In this document: piece by piece, positions 17,588 to 25,303 of the stretch
Position numbering within the stretch: position 1 is the first letter of the stretch
Layout of the letters: every line of letters begins with the position of its first letter
Virus record (IMG/VR): IMGVR_UViG_3300049182_000044
Coordinates: 64,001 to 128,000 of that record
DNA from: a virus
Lineage: Duplodnaviria > Caudoviricetes
Reading direction: 5' to 3' (one strand)
DNA length: 64,000 nucleotides
Notes under the pieces: generated by a model
What the model was told of the DNA's origin: nothing
Database searches by the model: none
What the model saw: the letters and a program-made list of their open reading frames with translations, nothing else
Translations under genes and position numbers: made by a program

Positions 17588-17675
17588 CGGGGCGAGGGAG
17601 TAAGAACGTGTTGACTGTGATGCGCTATGCTAAATGGTCAATAAGGTGCAGGTTGAAACCCTGTCGGCCCGACCA
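17588..17675 (+). ncRNA. Degenerate tRNA-like element C (Pro-like acceptor); 5' end uncertain, could be 17514
   Basis: 3' end GCAGG-TTGAAAC-CCTGT-CGGCCCG-A-CCA; 5' CGGGGCG pairs with one G:G mismatch; no canonical anticodon arm. Confidence 0.35.
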
Positions 17676-17690
17676 ATTTCAAGGAATACC

Positions 17691-18083
17691 ATGAGTAACG
17701 CCACACCCCGATATGCAACGGTAGACGCGAACAAGATGATTATCACAGATGGTAATCATGGCGGTTATCGCACTGGCTTCTGCGCGGTCTGCGAAGCGAG
17801 CGGTTGGTTGGATGTACCGAAAGGTGCGTCGAACGGGATAGTTCATAAACCAGACTGCGTAGTTGGCATTGCACTGAGCGCACTTCAAGAGATGAAAGTG
17901 CTCGACCTGGTGAAGATGTCAAATTTGACCTACTCACTGCCATCCAACAATTTCGCCAATCAGCCGTTTATAATGGCTGATGCATTGAAACGCAGCGATC
18001 TGGAAATGGTCATGAGCTGCCGTGACTTTGACCGCATTGAAGCAGACCAAGAACATACTGTGCTTATCTGGTACAAGCAGTAA
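17691..18083 (+). CDS. Hypothetical protein (CxxC...HxxxC)
   Basis: AAGGA RBS before ATG 17691; FCAVCE...HKPDC. Confidence 0.6.
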   Translation: MSNATPRYATVDANKMIITDGNHGGYRTGFCAVCEASGWLDVPKGASNGIVHKPDCVVGIALSALQEMKVLDLVKMSNLTYSLPSNNFANQPFIMADALKRSDLEMVMSCRDFDRIEADQEHTVLIWYKQ

Positions 18084-18088
18084 GCACG

Positions 18089-18185
18089 AATCGAACAAGC
18101 GCATCGCGTATCTGGATGCCTCAAAAGTCACGGCTGAATGTGTAAGCTTAGTTAATCCGTGCCAGCCGGTGCGCTTGTTTCGATT
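18089..18185 (+). ncRNA. Candidate structured RNA (long closing helix)
   Basis: AATCGAACAAGCGCATCG (18089-106) pairs CGGTGCGCTTGTTTCGATT (18167-85). Confidence 0.4.
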
Positions 18186-18191
18186 AAATTA

Positions 18192-18332
18192 GTCTGTGCT
18201 CCAGCGAAGATTAACTGGAACGAGAACGTTGGAACAACTCAGCTTTCCTAGGATCGGTGAGCCGACGTCCAGACCGGTAGTCCTTAATCCCCATACTCTC
18301 GTAGGGCGAGCCGGATGTTGGAGTACAGACCA
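18192..18332 (+). ncRNA. Candidate multi-junction RNA with 14-bp closing helix ending ACCA
   Basis: GTCTGTGCTCCAGC/GTTGGAGTACAGAC; internal GATTAA/TTAATC, CTGGA/TCCAG, TCGG-TGAG-CCGA. Confidence 0.45.
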
Positions 18333-18349
18333 ATTTAGAGGAGCTTCAA

Positions 18350-18508
18350 ATGAAACTGAAAGAAATGTTTTCAGTCGCCTGGTGGAAGAAGTACGTGGGC
18401 TTCCAATTCACGCGCTATGATTACAGCGGCAGCGATGGTCGCCGTGTCACAGACTGGATGTTGCATCTGGGCTTTTTCGCAATCACGAAGCATCGTATTG
18501 CGCGGTAA
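18350..18508 (+). CDS. 52-aa hypothetical peptide
   Basis: Not in ORF track; GAGGAG RBS; MKLKEMFSVAWWKKYVGFQFTRYDYSGSDGRRVTDWMLHLGFFAITKHRIAR*. Confidence 0.5.
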   Translation: MKLKEMFSVAWWKKYVGFQFTRYDYSGSDGRRVTDWMLHLGFFAITKHRIAR

Positions 18509-18689
18509 GGATTCCACAACGGCCCTAGTCGGGGCGGATCGTAGTTCAGGGGAAGAACAACCGCCGTAAGGTGGGAAGTCGCCGAATCATCTAAGGTCGA
18601 TCCTTTGCGTTGTGGTGCAGTCTTCAGTGCTAAGTCGCCAAGTCGTTGAAGAAGCTTAATAACCTTTTTCGACAACTTAGGAGGCGAGC

Positions 18690-19181
18690 ATGGGAGCAGC
18701 AGTAATTCAGCTGAAGTGCGCACGTTGCAAAGCGAAGTTTGAAAAGAAACTAGCTGAGTACACGTATCAATTGCGCAAGGCAGGCGTTTTAGACAAGCCA
18801 TTCTTTTGCAGCAGGGCATGCGGTCAAGCGTATTCAGGCGAGACGTTTCAAGCGTTCACCGATATTCGCGCAATCGCTAAAAGCCTCCGCAATCGAGAGT
18901 GGCCTTGATATGAGAAGTTAGACCGTTATCTAAAATCAACGGGGCTTACGTACCGATTCGAGTTCTTCTTCAAGAAGCACCGATTCGTGTACGACTTGGC
19001 GATAAAGGAACTGCGGTTGATATTCGAGTTCGATGAAGCGTATCACTACGATGAAACCGTCAGGCTTGTAGACAGAGCGAAGGACAAGCTCGCGAAGTCG
19101 AAAGGCTACACTGTGATTCGTGTGCCTTGTTCCAACGGTGCGGTTCTGTCACCGAAACTGATAAAGAAGCATTTGAAGTAG
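18690..19181 (+). pseudogene. Zn-finger plus Vsr/DUF559-like endonuclease with one in-frame TGA (18906-08)
   Basis: CARC...FFCSRAC N terminus; the same frame continues past TGA into YEKLD...FEFFF...YDLAIKELRLIFEFDEAYHY...RAKDKLAKSKGYTVIRV. Confidence 0.7.
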
Positions 19182-19189
19182 TACAGAAT

Positions 19190-19580
19190 TTATGGTTGTG
19201 TGCGTAGCGTAATCTACGCGAGACGTTTGCGTGAAGGCATGGCGGACGGGAGTTCGATTCTCCCCACCTCCACCACCAGCACTTTGAACACCCGGTGATG
19301 GCCGGGAGTTTGACCATGTAGGGTAACGGCCCCATAGCAGCCGCTACAGGACCAGTTGCGATACAACTGCAAAGCGCTGTTGATGGGGGTGACCTGGTTT
19401 CGACGGCGTGAGATAGCAAGAACTACAACTCAGCAGGCGATCGCTGACTCTTCGGAGTGAATCGAAGCAAAAATAGTAAATGCAAACGACTCGCATTTCC
19501 TGCAAGCTGCAAACGCCTAATTAAGCGTTTCACTTCAGGCTAAGTGACTACGGGGTCTGTTGACATAGCGCTACGGCGCG
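19190..19580 (+). ncRNA. ssrA: Circularly permuted (two-piece) tmRNA
   Basis: Acceptor piece ends GGAC-GGGAG-TTCGATT-CTCCC-CACCTCC-A-CCA (19275); coding piece starts GGGGGTG (19385), G3:U70 present; tag GCA AAC GAC...TAA at 19482-19520 = ANDSHFLQAANA; outer boundaries approximate. Confidence 0.9.
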
Positions 19581-19589
19581 CCGTCTTCG

Positions 19590-20035
19590 TGTACGTAGTT
19601 AGTCCGGCCACTCCACCTTTCGCCGATAATGACGCGACTGCGCGTGGGTGTCTTAGTCAGCGCGTAAGCGCACCGAAGCCGGACTACCCAGTTTCAAACC
19701 TCCAAGGTCAGAGAGCACTACACAGTGAGTTCGGTCTAAACTTTAACCATTTAGTCACCGAGAGACGATTTCCGTTATAGCAATCTGGATCGGACAACAG
19801 CCTGTGCAGCCAAAGGAGGGCCCAACGTAAAACGTTCTTCATCGAGCGTTTTACGTTGGTGACGGCAAAGCCGTTAAGGTGCGGACATAGAGCTATTGCA
19901 GCTTCAGCGTGGGTACGAACACTAATCGCATGGAGGAACCCCACCGGCGATGAAGTCGTAGGATGTGAAAGCCCGCTACGCTGTCACCAACATTCTCAAA
20001 TCGCGACCTAAGGTGGTCCCGATCATTCAACTTTA
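19590..20035 (+). ncRNA. Candidate large structured ncRNA, copy 2 (boundaries approximate)
   Basis: TAGTCCGGC/GCCGGACTA helix, 16-bp hairpin CCAACGTAAAACGTTC/GAGCGTTTTACGTTGG, core shared with copy 1. Confidence 0.6.
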
Positions 20036-20055
20036 ATCCATTGAAAGGATTTATC

Positions 20056-20607
20056 ATGAACTCTGCAACACAATTCCCCACCTCGTCTTCTCTTCTCGAA
20101 AAAGCAGCACACTACGCGACAACATTGTTCGATGCGGATAATCTTAAGTTCGATGCGCCGATCTTCACCGATCAGTACGTATCCTTTCCCATGACACACA
20201 GCCTCAACATCGACGGCGACTTCTTTATCAGGGCGCAAAGCGTTGGTGTAACATTCAAAGGTGAGGACGTACGGCTGTTCTATCTACTGCAGGATATGGT
20301 CAAGCGCCATCACCTGCATTTCAGGGTTCAGCACGAAGGTAAATGGGAATACTTTAACCCGCACTTGGCTGGTGAAGGTCAGTTCTCGATGAAGAACCCT
20401 TGCACGTTCTATCTTGCGGGTATTGCAAGCGGAAATCTCAAGGGCTGGTCGGACATTCCTATCAGCCGTGACCCTGCAACATTCGATGACCGCGCAAAGT
20501 TCCTCGCGGTCTTGCTGTATCGTGAATGGGTGCGTCAGATGATGCCCATCATTAAGATGTATCAGTGGTTCCGTGCAAACGACTTACTTGCACCTATCGT
20601 CAAATAA
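20056..20607 (+). CDS. Hypothetical protein
   Basis: GAAAGGA RBS before ATG 20056. Confidence 0.7.
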   Translation: MNSATQFPTSSSLLEKAAHYATTLFDADNLKFDAPIFTDQYVSFPMTHSLNIDGDFFIRAQSVGVTFKGEDVRLFYLLQDMVKRHHLHFRVQHEGKWEYFNPHLAGEGQFSMKNPCTFYLAGIASGNLKGWSDIPISRDPATFDDRAKFLAVLLYREWVRQMMPIIKMYQWFRANDLLAPIVK

Positions 20608-20661
20608 TGTAAATGACGGGTGATCGAAAGGTCACCCATTTTCAACTTAGAAGGGAGAAAA

Positions 20662-21048
20662 ATGAAAACATGGCAAATCGTGGCGTTGGGTGTCCTGGCA
20701 CCCACAATCGCTGCGGGTATTTGGCTGGTGAATGCACCGGCTACCAAGGCAGTAGCACTCGTTGACAAGGCGACTGATACGACGAAGATGCTGGCGAACT
20801 ATGAATGGTTCCACGAAGCATCTACGAACTTCAACGCCCGTGTCAATCAGATCAAGTCGCACAAGACTTTGATCGCAAACGAGACTGACAAGGCTGAACT
20901 GTCTCGCCTCCGCATGGAAGCAGCAGCCGTACAACAAACATGCCGTGACCTCGTTGCGAAGTACGCGGCCAAAACCAACCAAGTCCACGTAGGCTACCTC
21001 AAAGGTAAGAGCCTGCCTGAAGCACTCGATGCAGGGAGCTGCGAATGA
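20662..21048 (+). CDS. N-terminally membrane-anchored helical protein
   Basis: GGGAG RBS; TM WQIVALGVLAPTIAAGIWLV; ATGA-coupled to the lipoprotein. Confidence 0.7.
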   Translation: MKTWQIVALGVLAPTIAAGIWLVNAPATKAVALVDKATDTTKMLANYEWFHEASTNFNARVNQIKSHKTLIANETDKAELSRLRMEAAAVQQTCRDLVAKYAAKTNQVHVGYLKGKSLPEALDAGSCE

Positions 21049-21539
21049 AACGCCTTCTGATTGCCCTTTTCCTCCTTCCTCTGACCTTCGTTCTCACCGC
21101 ATGTGAAGAAGACAAGCCGACGCCGGTGAAGGCAGAACAAGCAGCCAAAGCACGCGCGGCTGCGAACAGCATCAACTTCACTGAGAACGCTGAAATCGAC
21201 AACATCAAGAAGCGCCTGGAGTTGACCTCCAAGAACGATCTTGTCGGCTTCATCATCCTGTTGAACGAGAGCGGCCAGCCGGTGATGTACACTTCGATCA
21301 AAGGCAAGCCCACTTCGGGTGGCAAACGCCTGACGGAACCGGATCGTTACTGGGGCAACTCGACACATGCGGGGATGCGTGCCGCGCCGAGTGACGAGGG
21401 CACTTACGGCTCCTCTGGTGAGTATGTCTTCTTCTGGACGGTGGATGGCCAGTACATGCAATGGAACGGCAAGTACCTGTACTCGGACAAGCCTTTCCGC
21501 CTGAGCGTACAACCGCTGGTTGTCAACGTCAAGGAGTAA
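21045..21539 (+). CDS. Predicted lipoprotein (conserved phage hypothetical)
   Basis: Signal with lipobox LTA-C; KGKPTSGGKRLT and PSDEGTYGSS motifs. Confidence 0.75.
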   Translation: MKRLLIALFLLPLTFVLTACEEDKPTPVKAEQAAKARAAANSINFTENAEIDNIKKRLELTSKNDLVGFIILLNESGQPVMYTSIKGKPTSGGKRLTEPDRYWGNSTHAGMRAAPSDEGTYGSSGEYVFFWTVDGQYMQWNGKYLYSDKPFRLSVQPLVVNVKE

Positions 21540-22908
21540 CGCTATGGGTGTGGCTTCGGTCACACCCAATTGCCTTGATAGGTGCGTCTTCAATGAGGAT
21601 TCACCTATCAGATCAATGTCAGCGGAGTTTTACGTGTCAGCCCTCACCCTTAACGTGCAACAAAAAGAGGCGTATGACGGGATACTGAACTTCTTATCGT
21701 ATAACCAAAACGAGCATAAGTTTTATGTGCTCTCAGGATGGGCAGGCACCGGCAAGACGTACTTGCTCGGGGCGTTGCACGAAGCGTTAGACCGATACGG
21801 CTCAGTGTTCACAGCGCCAACGAACAAAGCAACTAAGGTAACATCTAGAACAATTGGTGCGGGAGCCCAATGCAAAACCATCTACTCGCTCCTGGGCATT
21901 CGCATGGTGGCGAACGAAGACCGCATGGTCTTAGAGTTTCCTAAGAAGCCCGTAGACCTCAGCGGCTATAGTCGAATCTATGTCGATGAAGCCTCAATGG
22001 TCAATGAGTCACTTCTGGCTTACATCCGTGATCGTAGTCGATACTCGGCCACCAAATGGATCTTCATCGGCGACCGTGGTCAGTTACCTCCTGTCGGTGA
22101 GAAAGAATCGAAGGTGTGGACACTAAAATGTCCTAAATCACACCTGGAGAAGGTAGAGCGCTACGACAACGAGATCCTTGAGTTTGCTACACACGTTCGC
22201 AAATGCATTCAGAGGTATCCAGATGGCTCTCTGCGTATGCGTAGCAATCACAGCGCAAGCGAAGGCGTGTGGAAGTACAATCGCGGCGGCTTCATGCGTA
22301 ACATTGAGCGTGCTGCCAAGAGAGGCCTGTTCACCGAAATAGATAACACAAAGGCCATCGCGTGGCGTAACAAGACGGTCAATGAGCTGAATCAATTCAT
22401 CCGCTACAACATCTTTGGTAAGGTCGCAGACAAACAACCGTGGCTGCCCGGTGATCGCGTGATGATGGGAGAGCCTGTTCAGATCGGCAGCGCAATCATT
22501 GCCCACGTTGATGATGAAGGTACCGTAGTCGAGGAAGGTGTCGCCTACCACAGCGAGTACAAAGACTTCAATGCGTATCATGTGACTGTTCAGATCGACG
22601 ATGGCCCGGCTGTCCAGTTGAACATCATTCACGAAGACTCGCAAGCCAAATTCGTCCGACGCCTAGGTGAATTAGCCTTAATGGCTAAGAAAGAAAAGCA
22701 CTACTGGCGGGAGTTTTGGGCGTTGAAGAACGCTTTTCAAAGCATTCGGCATAGCTATGCCTTAACTGCTCACCGGGCGCAGGGCAGTACGTTCACGAAT
22801 ACGTTCTTGGATACTGCTGATATTCTGGCTAATTCCAACTCGTATGAAGCACTTCGATGCTTGTACGTAGGTGCAACACGCGCTCAATCCAATCTTATTC
22901 TTGTCTAA
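21520..22908 (+). CDS. Superfamily 1B helicase (Dda/RecD-like); start uncertain
   Basis: GWAGTGKT, APTNKA, VDEASM, IGDRGQLPPV, YALTAHRAQGSTF, LYVGATRA. Confidence 0.9.
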   Translation: MSTSRSNAMGVASVTPNCLDRCVFNEDSPIRSMSAEFYVSALTLNVQQKEAYDGILNFLSYNQNEHKFYVLSGWAGTGKTYLLGALHEALDRYGSVFTAPTNKATKVTSRTIGAGAQCKTIYSLLGIRMVANEDRMVLEFPKKPVDLSGYSRIYVDEASMVNESLLAYIRDRSRYSATKWIFIGDRGQLPPVGEKESKVWTLKCPKSHLEKVERYDNEILEFATHVRKCIQRYPDGSLRMRSNHSASEGVWKYNRGGFMRNIERAAKRGLFTEIDNTKAIAWRNKTVNELNQFIRYNIFGKVADKQPWLPGDRVMMGEPVQIGSAIIAHVDDEGTVVEEGVAYHSEYKDFNAYHVTVQIDDGPAVQLNIIHEDSQAKFVRRLGELALMAKKEKHYWREFWALKNAFQSIRHSYALTAHRAQGSTFTNTFLDTADILANSNSYEALRCLYVGATRAQSNLILV

Positions 22909-22919
22909 AGGGGAACAAC

Positions 22920-23330
22920 ATGGTATCAAAAGCAAAAACCACTACACGCAAGCGCACAGCAGGAAGCCCAGGCACTCACGTACCGCAATTGAAGGCGGTC
23001 ACCTGTGGTGAAGGTTGCACTTGTAGCTCAGCACCGAAGGTCTTGCTACCCGTCGCTCAACCTATTGAGGCAACGCGAGCTTTGTCACCGCTCGAAGAAT
23101 TGCTCGACAGGGTTGCGGCAGCTATTGACTCGCAGGAAAACATCGTTAGCCTTCTGCGCCAAGACCTGAAACTCGTACTGAACGAAAGGCCGACGCTCGA
23201 GCAAGCCGTTGCAGGCGAAGACGATCTGCCCAACCCATCGCCCGTGTACAGCAAATTGCTTCACCTGCTCTATAGGCTGCGGTGCAACACCGATGCGGTC
23301 ACCACTATCCGAAATCAACTTGACTGTTAG
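22920..23330 (+). CDS. Hypothetical protein
   Basis: AAGGGG RBS. Confidence 0.65.
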   Translation: MVSKAKTTTRKRTAGSPGTHVPQLKAVTCGEGCTCSSAPKVLLPVAQPIEATRALSPLEELLDRVAAAIDSQENIVSLLRQDLKLVLNERPTLEQAVAGEDDLPNPSPVYSKLLHLLYRLRCNTDAVTTIRNQLDC

Positions 23331-23341
23331 TAAGGAATCGC

Positions 23342-24385
23342 ATGAAGATCGAAATCAAAAAGCATGCTAGCGGTGAATACTTTGAGGTGTTTGAACGCAT
23401 GGCGTGTGCCAACGGTAATGCAGCACTGCACGGTACTAAGCCTACGATGGCGGAAGCTGTGGCGTATGCGGTGCAGCTTTTGGAAAGCATGGGATACAAG
23501 CAAGAGCACATCATCGTTACCTACGTGGACGAAGAAGCTGTTGTAGAAGCCGACCTTGTCAACATGCTGCGTGGCCGGTTGGAAGATGCTTTGTCCAACC
23601 CTGATTTGTTTTCGGCGAATCCCGTAAGCCGTGAAGCAATGGCTGAGCAAGTTCGATCTTCAATTGAGCAATTCCTGTCAGGCATTCCACACGGCCCGAT
23701 CAAGCACGATTTTGGTGTGCGGGTCGCTGAAATCCTCGACGATCAGACAATGAACATCGAGTTCACTTTGCCTGCTCACATGGTGCAGGATATGCAACTG
23801 CGTGAGGCCCAGCTTCGCCACATGCGCGAGGATACGTTCATGGGGTATTTCGATGACCACATTGAATACCCGCACGGCGTCGCATTCAATCCTCTGCCGA
23901 TCAACACCTGCTGGGACTACGTCAGCCACACGCTCCTGAATGGCTTCCTCAACTACGTGACTGTGATTGACGCTCACTTGCTTGATCGTTATCGACCGAT
24001 GACTGAAGAGCTGTCAAAGAGCGACCTCAGCAGCGTTTCGTACCAGGAACCTCCAGGGTCATTCAAGTGGAAGAACTTCGAGAAGGCGGTAACCAAGCAG
24101 GAACTGTTCGACCTGTTGACGCAAGAAGGCCGTACCTGTCATACGAAGCTCAGTGTATTTCGGGACGATGTACTGATCCTAGCCACTTGCGATAATGATG
24201 ACGGCCAGACGATGTACATGTACTTCTGGTTCGATCAAGACGTCAGCGACTGCTGCGTTGGCCGCTTCGTCACCAAGGACTCTCAAGACGTTGTGGTCGA
24301 GAAGTTCCGCAAGTGGATCGACGGTCTCGAGTACGGTCGCCACCAGCTTCCGCAGCATTTCTTCCAAGGGTGGCTCAGCTTTTAA
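23342..24385 (+). CDS. Hypothetical protein
   Basis: 347-aa ORF, AAGGA RBS. Confidence 0.75.
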   Translation: MKIEIKKHASGEYFEVFERMACANGNAALHGTKPTMAEAVAYAVQLLESMGYKQEHIIVTYVDEEAVVEADLVNMLRGRLEDALSNPDLFSANPVSREAMAEQVRSSIEQFLSGIPHGPIKHDFGVRVAEILDDQTMNIEFTLPAHMVQDMQLREAQLRHMREDTFMGYFDDHIEYPHGVAFNPLPINTCWDYVSHTLLNGFLNYVTVIDAHLLDRYRPMTEELSKSDLSSVSYQEPPGSFKWKNFEKAVTKQELFDLLTQEGRTCHTKLSVFRDDVLILATCDNDDGQTMYMYFWFDQDVSDCCVGRFVTKDSQDVVVEKFRKWIDGLEYGRHQLPQHFFQGWLSF

Positions 24386-24424
24386 ACTGTAAAGCGTAGT
24401 CAACAATAACAAACAATAAGACCA

Positions 24425-24580
24425 ATGCTATTCGAGATCAAAAGATTGATCGCCATAGGACTGGCGTTGCGGCACGAAACTCCTAGCAGAGCAGTGCTTG
24501 AGCGATACACGCCACCAGCGATCGCCGAAGAGGGCGTCCCCTCATACCCAGAGTATGGCAGTAGTGGCGATTCGGGTTGA
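24425..24580 (+). CDS. Possible 51-aa peptide
   Basis: Follows CTGTAAA at 24387; weak RBS. Confidence 0.25.
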   Translation: MLFEIKRLIAIGLALRHETPSRAVLERYTPPAIAEEGVPSYPEYGSSGDSG

Positions 24581-24734
24581 GAGTGGCTGCTAGGAGCCCG
24601 CCTATCCCCGCCAAGAAACGCGATCATCGTCTAACACGCATGACAGATGACGCACCAGTAAGTCGTCCAGTCCTATCACTCCGCACCCCGCTACGAACTG
24701 GACGCAGGTATGGCCGCAATAGAGAAGTAACCCT

Positions 24735-24767
24735 CGGGACCTGCCGCGATAGTGCAGGTCCGTTTTT
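24735..24767 (+). terminator. Intrinsic terminator-like hairpin
   Basis: GGACCTGC/GCAGGTCC followed by GTTTTT. Confidence 0.6.
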
Positions 24768-24782
24768 AATAATTCACACATC

Positions 24783-25286
24783 ATGCTACGTTTTTACGAG
24801 CCACTGGAAATAGAATACGAACGCGATCACAAGTCGAAGGATCCTATCCTCGGATTCAGCAACGAGCGATACAAATTTCTTTCTAATTTCTATCCGTGTA
24901 CGGTGCGGATGTACGACATTGATTTTCCTTCTAGCGAATATGCCTATATGTGGCATAAGAGCGACGATCTGGATTACAAGAAGTCGATCCTGAACGCTTA
25001 TTCGTCTGGTCAGGCCAAGAAGCTGGGTAACAACAAGCGCCTTGAAGATCTAGGCATACTGCGCAAGGACTGGCCGGATGATCTGGTCCGCATCAAGGTG
25101 ATGTATGAAATACTAAAAGCGAAGTTCAGTGACATCAACCTTTGGGTGATGTTGCAAGCCACAGAGAACCGATACATAGAAGAAACGAATTGGTGGTCTG
25201 ACGTTTTCTGGGGAAGATGTAGAGGTAAAGGTGAAAACCATCTTGGCAGGCTTCAGATGGTGATAAGGCATGAAACACGACGTTAA
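24783..25286 (+). CDS. NADAR (YbiA-like) family protein
   Basis: FLSNFYPC, FPSSEYAY, AKKLG, VMYEILKAKFS, L.AT..RYIEE.NWW.DVFWG, G.N.LGR.QM.IR. Confidence 0.88.
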   Translation: MLRFYEPLEIEYERDHKSKDPILGFSNERYKFLSNFYPCTVRMYDIDFPSSEYAYMWHKSDDLDYKKSILNAYSSGQAKKLGNNKRLEDLGILRKDWPDDLVRIKVMYEILKAKFSDINLWVMLQATENRYIEETNWWSDVFWGRCRGKGENHLGRLQMVIRHETRR

Positions 25287-25303
25287 ATTTTAGGACCATA
25301 ACC

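Noticed and set aside
18130-18165. Hammerhead-like CTGA near 18133
   Set aside because: Lacks the CTGANGA and GAAA core arrangement
18308-18335. GAGCCGGATG, resembling the start of group II intron domain V
   Set aside because: The downstream GAAA-capped stem and complementary strand of domain V are absent; no RT gene nearby
18906-18908. Possible genome-wide TGA recoding suggested by the in-frame TGA
   Set aside because: Many neighbouring genes end in TGA with ATGA coupling, and conserved proteins are not fragmented; no suppressor tRNA is visible
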